The translations under genes were made by a program, and so were the position numbers. Positions 11,592 to 22,900 of a DNA stretch of 64,000 bases are shown one piece after another; within the stretch, counting starts at the first letter, position 1; every line of letters starts with the position of its first letter. Where the stretch lies: the IMG/VR virus record IMGVR_UViG_3300042465_005589, positions 248,001 to 312,000 of that record; one strand, written 5' to 3'. Under the pieces are notes generated by a model. The model ran no database searches. It was not told the DNA's origin and saw only the letters and a program-made list of their open reading frames with translations.

Positions 11592-12044
11592 CTATACACT
11601 TAGGTTAACTTCTAAATATTTTTTGGTTAAATCTTTTGATGAAAAAATGTCAGTTAAGTTCATCAACAAGTTTTTTAGGTGTGGGCGTACATCCACAGTA
11701 TATCTTATCTTTGGAGGGTATACTTTAGCATCCACCTGTCTATGACAAATTGTCACATCATTTTGTTTGATGAAGATGTTAAAGTACTCCGGACCGTCAG
11801 TATAAGACGTTTCCAAAATAGCAGGATTGTTCACAATTTCGTACATATTGTCTGTCATATATGTTACGGTTTTCAATGATAATTGTGTTTGAATATCGTC
11901 TTTAAATTCACGAAGTAATTCATAAAGTTCTAACGAATATTTCGCCTCATTGTTGAACTCTCTCACGTTAAAAAATCTTTGTACAATGATGTTATCATTT
12001 ACCATCATTAAGAATTCTAATTTTACCGATTCTTGGTCTTTCAT
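11592..12044 (-). CDS. Hypothetical protein in the replication operon
   Basis: 150 aa ORF packed between exonuclease and helicase; no motif recognised. Confidence 0.7.
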   Translation of the reverse strand: MKDQESVKLEFLMMVNDNIIVQRFFNVREFNNEAKYSLELYELLREFKDDIQTQLSLKTVTYMTDNMYEIVNNPAILETSYTDGPEYFNIFIKQNDVTICHRQVDAKVYPPKIRYTVDVRPHLKNLLMNLTDIFSSKDLTKKYLEVNLSV

Positions 12045-12052
12045 AGTTTTAA

Positions 12053-13054
12053 TTAATTGTTTTTATAATTTCTTTTTTCTTTTCTTGTTAGTTTCATAAA
12101 GGGTCTAACAAAGTTTACCCACGCATCATCTCCCTTTGGTAGATACTTAAAAAAACCGTCTTCCATCATCATTTTAATAAGACCCCTATGACCCCTTCCA
12201 TCAGGGTCTAAGGTTTCTTTATAATACAATTCAACAAGTTCCTTAGCATCATCACTAATTAGAGGGTTTGATAAATTTATGATTTTTTCGTTAATCACAA
12301 AATATTCATCACCATAAACACCACTTTTAGTTTTACCAGATAACAAATTTTGTAAGGTCTTGTTATCCTTGTTCTCTTTCAGAAGGATTTCCGCCTTTTC
12401 TAAAATATCGGTAAATGAAACCGGTTTTTCAAGTAGCTCAGGAAAAAACTTTATAAGTGTCTTTTCACCCAACCCATATATCCCATCAATATTGTCCGAT
12501 TTATCTCCTGACAATATCTTATAAGTTTTAATGTTTTCGTGTGGAAATTCGTAAAATTCACATTTGATTTTACTACCTAAATGATAAGTTTCTTTAGTTC
12601 TTGGATAAAATACCGATACCTTGTCTGATATTAGTTGGGTTAGGTCTTTATCCCCCGAATAGATGGTTTTTTGTTCGTTCTCCGAGATTTGGCAATAATA
12701 AGCAATCAAATCGTCGCCTTCGTTATTATCTACGTTGATTTGTCTTATATAACATTCCTCCAAGTATTGTTTGATTCTCTCTTTCTGTTCTTCAAAAGAT
12801 TCATCTTTGAAATCTTCGGTTATACGTCGTTTTTCTTTATATTGGGGGTAAATAAGTTTTCGGGCGGATGAATTATTATCTCCATCCCACATAACAACAA
12901 CCTTATCAAAATTTTGTTCGTCTATAAAACGTCTAATTGTATTGATAAAATGCCATAATCCTCCTATGTGTTTTCCGTTGTGGTAAAAGTCTTTAACCCC
13001 ACAAAATCCAATCTTAAGTAGATTGTTTCCATCCACTAATAGTGTTTTAGTCAC
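12053..13054 (-). CDS. 5'-3' exonuclease / flap endonuclease (T4 RNase H, PolI N-terminal-like)
   Basis: LLVDGNN, YPQYKEKR, EGDDLIA, SGDKDLTQL, GDKSDNIDGIYGLGEKT motifs; GTG start. Confidence 0.92.
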   Translation of the reverse strand: MTKTLLVDGNNLLKIGFCGVKDFYHNGKHIGGLWHFINTIRRFIDEQNFDKVVVMWDGDNNSSARKLIYPQYKEKRRITEDFKDESFEEQKERIKQYLEECYIRQINVDNNEGDDLIAYYCQISENEQKTIYSGDKDLTQLISDKVSVFYPRTKETYHLGSKIKCEFYEFPHENIKTYKILSGDKSDNIDGIYGLGEKTLIKFFPELLEKPVSFTDILEKAEILLKENKDNKTLQNLLSGKTKSGVYGDEYFVINEKIINLSNPLISDDAKELVELYYKETLDPDGRGHRGLIKMMMEDGFFKYLPKGDDAWVNFVRPFMKLTRKEKRNYKNN

Positions 13055-13075
13055 TTGGTTTGTTTGTATTCGTTA

Positions 13076-13804
13076 CTATAAAATTTTGTTACTCTTTTTC
13101 AAATTATCTTCCGCCCATAGTGGTTGGAGATTTTCATAATGACACAACTTATAAAGTTCGTCTTCTGTTTTTGCCGATGATAGTGGAATGATGTGGTCAA
13201 TATGCCACTCACTCCGGTTGTCCCAACTCATACCATCAGTAAATTGGGTTTCTAAATGTTCTTTTAGAAATTGGGGGGAACAACCTACAATATCAAAAGT
13301 TTTGTTTTTTTTGGTGATGTTTCGGGTTTTAAGAAACGATAAAAGTCTAGACCTCATCACACATTTTAATCGAAAAATAACATCATTCTTTAATCTTAAA
13401 GAATGATAAAGATTTCTTTTTACTTTAACTTTCTCCTTATTTTTTTCTGACCATTCTTTTTTATAAGTTAAAATATTTTCTTTATTCTTCTCATAATATA
13501 TTTTATACCTGTTTGGGTCTTTTTGGTATCTTTTTTTTGACCTATCATTATCTTTTATCCTAATAACATCAATATTTTCTTCTCGGTAATTTTTAACTTT
13601 TAATAATATTTTTTCCCGGTTATCAACATATTCTTTTCTTTTTTGGTCTTTTATTTTTTCATCGTTATTATCCCTATATTTTTTCCAAACTAAATAAGAA
13701 CATTGTTTACATTCAGTTCTAAACCCATCTTTAGAATCTTTTCTTTTTCTAAAATTAGACAATTCTTTTTTAAGATTACACTTACTACAAACTTTAGTTT
13801 CCAT
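13076..13804 (-). mobile_element. Free-standing HNH homing endonuclease
   Basis: N-terminal CxxC...CxxC, Lys-rich helical repeats, WHIDHIIPLS...LCHYENLQPLWAEDNLKKSNK. Confidence 0.85.
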
Positions 13805-13946
13805 TTTTAATATATTCTTTTAATAATTTATTAACAAGGGAAGATAAATTTATAGATTTATCCTTAAAGTATTGTGGTAATTCGGGGTCAACCGAAACAC
13901 CAATTTTAACTTTTTTTTCAATTTCTTCTTTTTTCTTTCTTCCCAT
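13794..13946 (-). CDS. Small ribbon-helix-helix DNA-binding protein (50 aa), overlapping the HNH start
   Basis: Not in the track. MGRKKKEEIEKKVKIGVSVDPELPQYFKDKSINLSSLVNKLLKEYIKNGN*; beta-strand plus NLSSLVNKLLKEY helix pattern; TATTTAT motif just upstream. Confidence 0.7.
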   Translation of the reverse strand: MGRKKKEEIEKKVKIGVSVDPELPQYFKDKSINLSSLVNKLLKEYIKNGN

Positions 13947-13997
13947 ACTAATAAATATCTACAAATTATAAAAAAGTAGAATTATTACAACTTTTTT

Positions 13998-14987
13998 TTA
14001 TTCGTCAGAATCATCTTCACCTATCTCATCTAACACCAATTCACCTGTACCACTAAGGATTGCTCCCCAATAACTAGAATATTGTTTTTTATATTTCTCC
14101 AAAGCCTCTTTTGTGTCCGCAATATATCCTTGAGGTACAGCAATAATTTTACCATCTTTATAAGCAATACCATTTACGTGATTTTTTAATATAGACACTT
14201 TTGTTCTGACCGCGTAAGATATGGTTCTCCCATTTTTAGTTGCGGTAATATGACTAACACCAGCATTTTTTTGATTACCAAATAAAAACACCAAAGAAGC
14301 CGCAAGATATAACGCATTTCCCCCTTTAGGTTTTATAGTCGCTTGGCCGAAAGGTGAGTCAGGTAATTCAACCCAAGGTTGTACAATAACAGTTAAAGTG
14401 TTATAGTAAGGATAGTCCTCTTTTTTAGATTTTGAAATTCTAGAATGAATACCCATACCTATTTTATCCGCAAGAACTTTAGCATTGTGCATTCCTCCAC
14501 CTTTTCCGTCAAATGTCATTTGACAGGGGATGCTACCAATACTATCAAAGAAAAAAGGAACACTATAAGGTAACTCCCCTTTTTCTTGAGCATCAAGTAT
14601 ATCATTTATAAAATCAGTTGACTGTTCAATTGTTTCAAAACTATCATTAAAGATAAATTGACCATCCCACTCACCATTTTCATTTTGTTCAGCCTGTAAA
14701 CCCAATTCAACGGCATGTTCCCAACTCCATTTCTTTTCTGTTATTATAAACACAGGTAGATGACCCTTTTTTTGAGCATCAACTGCCGCTAATATCATTG
14801 CCGTTGTTTTTGAAGAATTGGAATGACCCAAGAACATATTAATACCCCCCATTACAGGTCCGGGTAAACCACAAGCATCCATAAAAGCTTCACCGCAGTT
14901 ATAGAAACTTTCAGGTTTGTATTTTGTTTTTGTAGAGAATTTACCCTTTATATCCTCTAACGAGAATGTTTTCTTTTTAATCGCCAT
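13998..14987 (-). CDS. uvsX: RecA/UvsX-like recombinase
   Basis: Degenerate Walker A GHSNSSKTT, FIITE, FFDSIG, KGGNAL, KNHV; adjacent to SSB. Confidence 0.82.
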   Translation of the reverse strand: MAIKKKTFSLEDIKGKFSTKTKYKPESFYNCGEAFMDACGLPGPVMGGINMFLGHSNSSKTTAMILAAVDAQKKGHLPVFIITEKKWSWEHAVELGLQAEQNENGEWDGQFIFNDSFETIEQSTDFINDILDAQEKGELPYSVPFFFDSIGSIPCQMTFDGKGGGMHNAKVLADKIGMGIHSRISKSKKEDYPYYNTLTVIVQPWVELPDSPFGQATIKPKGGNALYLAASLVFLFGNQKNAGVSHITATKNGRTISYAVRTKVSILKNHVNGIAYKDGKIIAVPQGYIADTKEALEKYKKQYSSYWGAILSGTGELVLDEIGEDDSDE

Positions 14988-15019
14988 ATATCTATGTTAA
15001 TTTAATTTTTTAGTTTTTG

Positions 15020-15068
15020 TAGACAAGTAGGACACTAAGTATGTCTTAGTGCCCTATATTTATGTCTA
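15020..15068 (-). terminator. Long hairpin between SSB and recombinase (terminator, attenuator or processing site)
   Basis: Minus strand TAGGGCACTAAG-ACATA-CTTAGTGTCCTA inside an outer TAGACA/TGTCTA pair. Confidence 0.55.
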
Positions 15069-15078
15069 AGTTATTTGA

Positions 15079-15933
15079 TTAGAACGGCATATCATCGTCC
15101 TCTTCAGCACCCGCTTGTGGGTCAATCGGAGCAGATGGTTTAGAACCACCAAACGATATTTCACCTGAATCAGAGTTACCATAATCGTAACCTCCTTTAT
15201 CAGTATTCCATTTTGGAGTTTCACCTCTTGCGATAGCTTCTAAGTACTCAACCGGTTTTTTAGAGTAAACATCTTCCCAAGTTAACTCATCGTTAATCCA
15301 AGAATCAGCCAATACTTTGTCTTCGTGAACCGGAGCCGCATCATCATACATTACTGTTTGAATTACGGTGTAATAAGCCCCTTTTGGTGTTTTTGCCTTA
15401 GTTAATTCAAGAATAAGGTCTCTACCTGTTTCAGGGTCAGCAATATCTCCCTTGTTTCTGTAGATTGGGATAATTTTGTCGAAAATGCCTTCATTCTTGT
15501 AGTTAGATTTAAATCTCCAAAATTTAACTCCGTCCGCTTCGTTATCTCTATCGATAACTTTTACGATATAGAATTTACGAGCCAAGTAATTTGATGCCAA
15601 TTTTTTATCTTCCTCTTTTCCTGTTGAACGAAGTTCCTCATAAACTTCAGTCAAAGGAGAACGTTCGTTGTCGTTTTTTCCTGGGTCATAAAATTTTTGG
15701 AATTTTCCGTCTACTTGAATCTCGTGATAATAAACCACTTTAAATGGTGAAGAACCATCGTTTGTTGGTAAGATTCGTAATCTTCGCTGACCTTGAGTTT
15801 CCTTATCCATAAGGATTGCCGCGAAGTATTTTTTCATTCTTTCTTCTTGTGTGAATTTTGAGGTAGAAGAAGTACTACCTTGTTTTGCTTGCTCATATTG
15901 AGCCAAAACTGCGTCTAATGAATTTGTCGCCAT
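15079..15933 (-). CDS. Single-stranded DNA-binding protein (T4 gp32-like)
   Basis: RLRILP, YIVKVIDR, DPETGRDL and acidic C-terminal EEDDDMPF tail. Confidence 0.85.
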   Translation of the reverse strand: MATNSLDAVLAQYEQAKQGSTSSTSKFTQEERMKKYFAAILMDKETQGQRRLRILPTNDGSSPFKVVYYHEIQVDGKFQKFYDPGKNDNERSPLTEVYEELRSTGKEEDKKLASNYLARKFYIVKVIDRDNEADGVKFWRFKSNYKNEGIFDKIIPIYRNKGDIADPETGRDLILELTKAKTPKGAYYTVIQTVMYDDAAPVHEDKVLADSWINDELTWEDVYSKKPVEYLEAIARGETPKWNTDKGGYDYGNSDSGEISFGGSKPSAPIDPQAGAEEDDDMPF

Positions 15934-15962
15934 AGTGTTTAAAATATTTAAAGGTTTATAAA

Positions 15963-15991
15963 AGTATAAGTGTCAGCCGTGTGTTTGTCAA
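15963..15991 (-). promoter_or_regulatory. Sigma70-type promoter for the SSB/recombinase/replication operon
   Basis: TTGACA-N17-TATACT, 29 nt upstream of the SSB ATG and just after a terminator. Confidence 0.75.
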
Positions 15992-16001
15992 ATTGTTTTG
16001 T

Positions 16002-16028
16002 AAAAAAAAATGGTCCGGAGACCATTTT
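16002..16028 (-). terminator. Intrinsic terminator ending the tail/baseplate operon
   Basis: Minus strand AAAATGGTC-TCCG-GACCATTTTTTTTT. Confidence 0.85.
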
Positions 16029-16030
16029 AA

Positions 16031-16696
16031 TTATCTTAGTTGCTTAAATGGTTTTGTTTCATCTTCAAAATTTCTGAAGGTTTTCTTGATTTCATTTGGA
16101 GAATATTCTTCAACTTCATCTTGAGTTAAAATATATTCATTTTTTCCCGATTTTTCCATATCTTCTTCCTTGTCATCAAAGAATTGACTTAGTTTTTGAT
16201 TAAAAGGACCTGAATCCAATGTTCTTAACTCTAATCTTTCTTGTGGCGTTTTTTCTCGGTATTTTTCAACTTTAGCCTCTAAATCATTTAATTTAGTCAT
16301 GATTCCATCCATTTCTCCTAATTTAGATTCTAAATCCGTTAAATGTTGGAATAAGTTAGTAAAATATTCTTCCTGTTTTTCTTCCACTTTTTTCTGTGAC
16401 TTTACTAAATCAGTGATGTCCATTTCTTCAGTTTTTGATTCAGATTTTTCATCTGCACCAATTTTTTCAACATCAGGGTCAGTCGCAACATCCACAGGTT
16501 GTGGACCTGCAGGAGCAGTTGGTGGAGCCATACCCGCATTTGGGTCTGCCGGTGGAGCCGTTTCAGGAGCCGGTGCAGCATTTGGGTCAACCTCACCAGG
16601 TGGTGGGGGTAACGTAGCGTCTTGTTCTACAATATAATTATTAATTGAATTATATCTGGCGATTTCCTCTAAAATCTGATTGTCTATTTTTTTCAT
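16031..16696 (-). CDS. Hypothetical protein with Pro/Ala-rich linker and coiled coil; possible virion/head protein
   Basis: ILEE..IVEQ N-terminus, PPPPGEVDPNAAPAPE tract, heptad region. Confidence 0.65.
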   Translation of the reverse strand: MKKIDNQILEEIARYNSINNYIVEQDATLPPPPGEVDPNAAPAPETAPPADPNAGMAPPTAPAGPQPVDVATDPDVEKIGADEKSESKTEEMDITDLVKSQKKVEEKQEEYFTNLFQHLTDLESKLGEMDGIMTKLNDLEAKVEKYREKTPQERLELRTLDSGPFNQKLSQFFDDKEEDMEKSGKNEYILTQDEVEEYSPNEIKKTFRNFEDETKPFKQLR

Positions 16697-16700
16697 GTTA

Positions 16701-16925
16701 TTAACCGTTTAATAGTTGTTTTACACCTGTTAAAGTTTCAACTTGAATTTTTTTATTTTTATTTAATGTGTTATCAACTCTTTCTATTAAACCATCTTTC
16801 ATTCTGATAGTATAACAGTCACCAGTATCTAAATCACATACTTGTTTAGAACCATCTCCCAAATCTTTTTCGGTACTTCTGGTATTTTTACCTAAATAGT
16901 TGTCTAATATTAATTTCGTGTTCAT
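16701..16925 (-). CDS. Small hypothetical protein
   Basis: 74 aa ORF with VCDLDTGDC; TATTTAT motif upstream. Confidence 0.65.
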   Translation of the reverse strand: MNTKLILDNYLGKNTRSTEKDLGDGSKQVCDLDTGDCYTIRMKDGLIERVDNTLNKNKKIQVETLTGVKQLLNG

Positions 16926-16968
16926 AATCTTTTATTTATAAATATCTTTTATTTTGAAAAAATTTAAT

Positions 16969-19900
16969 TTAACATGTTGTTCCGTTTCTTGAACACGGTT
17001 TTCCGTCCCAAATAATCTCTGAACCTGTATATGGTTCACTATAACAATTACAACAAATATTATCTTTAATTGCCTCCCATTTACCCACCTCAACTATTTG
17101 ACCATATTTATAATCTTCATCCGGACAACTAATTGGTAAAAGAACTCTTGAATATCCATACCTAATATCCGGAAACGCATTAATTTTAATTATAAGCGTA
17201 AATTCATATGTTTTGTCATTTCTAGCCGTTTCTAAAATTTCATTAATATTAGTAACAGAAACAAATGTTCCAACATTTTTATTAGTTGTCGGTTTTATTG
17301 TAAAAGCACCAATTTGCACATTATTCATTCCTCCTGAAATATATAATTTAGCGGGATAGTCTTGGGTTAATAATTCATCTTGATTGCCAACCTCAAAACT
17401 ACCACTAAGAACATCATTTTTTATTACAAGATTATCTAACGAATCCGTATTAAATTTTTTAGCATTTTCAAAAAGTGCCTCATTACTATTTGTAGTTGGT
17501 GGTGTATTTGGTGGTGGCGTCCCACTTACATTTCCACTACCGGTTTTAAATAGGTCAATAGATTGTTGAACACTAGTTTCCATCTGACTTAATTGACTCG
17601 GATTATCTTTAACCAATTTGTTATAAACATCAATATTTTCAGCATTTGCCGAAAAATATAATGTATAAAATTTAGTAATCTCTTTAGCAGTTATTTCAGG
17701 TAATTGTGTAACTCTACCTTTCCATCTTTGAATTAAAAAGGTAACGTGTTTTGATAAATCTGAAAAAATTGAATAAGGCTCATCACTTGAAATACAATAA
17801 TATTGTTGATTAAAGTACGATTCTCCTGTGGCACCCCAATTTTGTAATAAATTAACACCTGAATAGTTATTTTCTTTTGTTTCTAATTCAGTTCCATTTG
17901 ACGAACCTAAATAAATCGCCGCAAAAACTAAATACCTTAATTTTTGGTCTTGAGTTTGAACTATAATTGTACTGATAGCATCTTTATATTTAGATTTAGT
18001 TGTTGTTGGAGAACTAACATTAACATATTTTTCATAATTACTTATTTTTGGTTTACAATTTGGATTAGTTGACACACTATTAGCTTCTTTAGATGATGCT
18101 TGTTTAACCTTGTCATTAGCTTGACTAATAACATCAGTTCCTTTTGTACCACTTTCTTTTATCGCCGCTTGTTTATCTTGTTTGTTTTTCTCAATAATAG
18201 ACGTTAATAAATTAGTTTTTAATGTTTGGATGTAACTATCAATTTCCGGTAAATTTGAAATGGATTGCCTAATACCTTTAAAAACTGTCTCAAATGTTCC
18301 CGGACCAATACTATGATTAACTTCCTGAATCATATATGCCCCACTAAACATTGGTACATGTCTTAAATTAAAATACATTGTTGGTTGAATCATTGCATTA
18401 CCCATCATAGATACAGTACAAGCATAACTTCTATTTTTATATAAGTTATATAATGAAACATTTTGAGTACCAGCCGCTTTACCTGACGATTGTTTAACTA
18501 ATTCATCTGTTTGTTGTAATGACTCCGCAGTTGCTTGCCCCGCACTTTGGTCTATTTGGAACCCATGAAAAATTGATTGATTTTGTGGTCCCACATCAAC
18601 ATTAAACCCAACAACTTTATTAGATTTATCCCAATCTTGTTTACCTATTTGGTCTTCAATTAATGGATTATCACTCGCTCTTCTTAAATCAAAGGAATCC
18701 CCTTTAAATCTTACGTTAGCATTATTTTTAAAATCCGGTTGTTCACTTGGTTTTCCAGCATAAAAACAAACCATTTTAGCCGAAGAATTTCTATAATCAA
18801 CATTTAAAAATGTTCCAAACATTGTATTCGCAAAATCAATAGTCCCTTCCGGTTTTGGTACAGGATTTTTAACGGCATCTTGTACATTATAAAAATTAAC
18901 ATAAGACGGTATATTCATAACAACAAAATTATTTGTTACTAAAATATCTTGGACAAAAATCAACATACTTGTTTTAGGATTTATATTTGTCAACGTTTTT
19001 TTCAATTTATGAATATCTACTAACACTTTATCCCCAATATTTCTATTTGCTCTATCCATCAATAAAATATCTTCAAAAAGTGTCTTAGTTTTAAAATCAT
19101 TTCCCGCAATCCATTTATCATTTAATGCTTTAAATGATTCCCAATATTCTAATTTTGTTTGAGGACCTTCTAAAGCTGTTGCCAAAACAGCGTCTGGTGT
19201 ACTACCAACATCCGGTAATTGTTTTTGTAATTTAGGCATTAATTTATTAATAATAATACTTTGAAATTTATCCGTACTCGCAATATACTCATTCATTAAT
19301 TTAACAAATTTATTATATGTTAAAGTATTATCATTTAATTTTTGAGTCGCATAAATTTTAATAATTGGTGCAAAAGTTTTAATATTATCAACACTAAAAT
19401 CTATATTACAATCAACAAAGAAATCAGTTATATAAGAACCATTATTACTATAACGTAATTGAGGTATCTCTGAAAACCCTACATATAATTGTAACGCCTT
19501 CCATTCGTTTGGATAGTTAGTAATAGATTGAGATAGTGTAACTGTACCACCTGATGTCGGCAATGGAGTTGGTATTTGAAATGAGTATTTACTCCACGTA
19601 TATGGGTCAGCAATCAACCCATTTGAAAAAGTATAAAATAATCTTTTATCAAAACTTGCCGGATTACCATATTTAAAAACCACGTCATAATTTAAAAATG
19701 ATTGTAAAAGGTTAGATAAAACAGTTAATTGAGATTCTTGGACAGCCGAAACTAATTCAGTATTTATTGTCGTACCAGTTATTTTAGGTATTTTCATTAA
19801 ATTTCTCATTAACATTTGAAAATTCTTAAAGGATTTTGTACTTTCTGTATCACTGTTTGATATAAACTCACTATCAAAATCATAAATTGATTTTGAAAAA

Positions 19901-22900
19901 TTTAAAAATTCTGACTCAAAACTATCTAAAATTTCTTTTTCAAATACTGAGAACATTTCACTAATTTCTGTGTAATCATCTTGTTTTCCATTAATAGAAA
20001 AATTTTCTTGTTTAGTATTTCCGGTAAGATTAAAAACTTGTTTTAAATATTTTAGAGGTGTTGGTTTTACAACTTTAGTAATATCAAAATACCCATAGTT
20101 AGGCGCCGACCAAAATAATCTAACAGAACCATTATACATTGCCGTATTTCCAGTTATCTCATATTTTAATTGATTTGTTTCCTCAGTAATACATTCATTA
20201 CTTGTCTGATTTATTAAAGCACCTTGTGATGGGATAATATATGATGAAGTTTTATCTAATGTTGTAATATAAACTGACCAGGGAATAACCCTTAAATCTC
20301 TTTTTGGATTATTCGGGTCAAACCCTTCTGGCATATTAATAATCGCTTCAGGCACATAATTTAATGTAACACCTGAACTAAACCCATTTTGAATATCGGT
20401 ATCGGTATAACCTGAATAAATTTGGAACCCTTGATAAAACACATTAAAATCATTAATCAATAATGGGTAAAATCCGGTATTCATTAATGATGATGTCTCA
20501 AGACCTAATGTTGTATTTTTTTCTAATACAATATCCATTTGAGCTCCGTTAATTGTTAACCCATAATTTCTAGATGCAGAATTTGTAACAGGGTCATAAT
20601 TATGCACATAACTAAATCCGGACCACGATGTATCAATAATATCAACACCTGTCTCAACAAAATTTTTATATCGGTTCCAAACAGAACCAATTTTTAATAT
20701 CCAAGCATATGGTAATTTATGTACCGCACCAAATTTTTTAAGCGTTGCAAAAATATAGTCTAAATCCGTTACGGAATTTGTCTCATAAGTTTTGTACTTT
20801 TCTCTAAGCGTTGATAATGGTAAACTATTTAAAAACAAATAAGCTGACGCCACAAATGGATATTCACTCCCATTTCTAAAATTTTTAACACCTTCTTGAA
20901 TTGAATTAGTAAAATATGGAGTGTTTAACATTGACACAGTTTGGTTACTTGACACCAATCCTGAATAATTTAAATATCTTAAATTACCTTCTGTCGGTAA
21001 TTGAGAATCAAAACTTCTATTTTCATAAAATAATTTTAAATCAAAATAATAAATTGGGGATTTAATATTATTAAATAAAAAGTTAGTAAAAGGTCTTCTA
21101 TTATCATCATTAGTAATATCTAAAAAATTAGATATTATTTTTTTATTAGTATTATACGTTAACACTTTTGTTGTATTATACGATGATTTAATATCAGAAA
21201 TTGAATTACCATTCGCCAACTCACTTTTAACCCAAGCAAAATTTGTAAATGGATATGTGTCAGTTAAATTAAAAACATTACTTGATGTTGAATTTGATAT
21301 AAAATCATTAATATTTTTTTCACCCGGTAAAGAAACTAATGGTTGTGATTTAGATTCATTTAATAAATTTTGACTTAAAAATTCAAAACTAGAATTATTA
21401 ACTTTGTTTTTAATATATGATGTATTAAAGATACCTCTAATAAAGTTCTGCCAACTCTCACCTGTTCCATCATTTGAGATATGTCTCATCAAAATTTCAA
21501 AATTACCCGCATTAACACCAAACTCTTTTAATTTTTTAATAATAAAAGGATTATCATTTGATAAACTTTGAATAATATTAATACTTTCTGCTTCAGCGAT
21601 AACGTCTGTTACTTTATCCGCATCCTGAGTATTACCATTACTTCTTAATAAACCTGAGTAGTTAGATGTTAAAAATATTCTTTCAAATATTTCATAAAAA
21701 TATTTAATTTCTTCTTTATTATCATAAACAGCATTACTAATTGGAAATTCAATTGCGTCTAACGAAACTCTTTGAATGTCGGTTACAGGATTTGAGGTTT
21801 CTGTCGGGTCAGCCGGTGGTTTTACTGTTTGAGTTGTTGCTCTAATAAATTCTTCAACAAATTCAACTTCAGGCCATAAATCTGTTAAATACGCTTTAGT
21901 TTGACTTATAACATTTTTATCTCCCGGATAAGTTAATTCAAATTTTTCACGACCATCTTTACCTGAAGTCGCTGTCAACATTTGAGGCCAAGGATATATT
22001 GGTAATGTTTTATTATCACCAGATGTTAAATTATCTACAGAAGCATTTGCTGTTTCAGGATTTAAAATTGAGTTTCTTCTGGCTTTAATTTGTGTATCAT
22101 TTAAATTCCAAGCTTGTACATGAACATCATCCATTAATCTTAGGAATGCTTCACCATTTGCAAAAATAACCGCCAATACATTTCTAATATTTGGAACAAA
22201 TCCAATACCATTATCTTTCTTTTGTAATAAATTAGTTAAAGCCTCTGTTAATTCTTCTTGAATATTTTCTTTAGCTTTTTTAACAAGTGTAGCCATTTGA
22301 TTAATTAAATCTTCAAATCTATCTTTACCCTCAAATATATAAAATAGGAATTTTTTTTCTTCAGAACCTTTTTTATTTACTATCACTAATGAATTAAAAA
22401 TTCCTTCAGTTGCTAGTTGATTTTTAAATTCCTGAAGTTGTAATGGTGTTGGTTGTGTTGATAATTTTTTTCTTTGACGATAGGTTTCTTCAACATTAAC
22501 ATCGTTTTCTTTTGGTTCTACGGGAAATATACTTGGTTTAATTTTAAATGGTACTTTTGAATCAGTATTTGTTTTACCATCAATGGTATATTTACCATTA
22601 ACACCACAAACAGGATTTTTATCCATTTTTTCTTGAGCTTCACTAATAATACCTTGTAGTTTAGCCAAAGCGGCATCTCTTTTTGTAGCAGTATTTATTT
22701 CAGGTTTAAATGTATACACCTTACTACCTTCAGTAATTCCATTAACACCATTAACACCTTTCATAACTAAATAATTTTCAGTATCCATATATGTATAAAA
22801 CCATGAAGTTCCGGCACCGGCATAAACATCCTTATCTAAATTACCCAACAATCTTTGATATTCTTCAACATAAGTTAATGGGTCTAAATTTTGTTGTGAA

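Noticed and set aside
14790-14835. Inactive recombinase because Walker A lacks the second Gly
   Set aside because: T4 UvsX also has a degenerate Walker A, and the Lys-Thr is retained.
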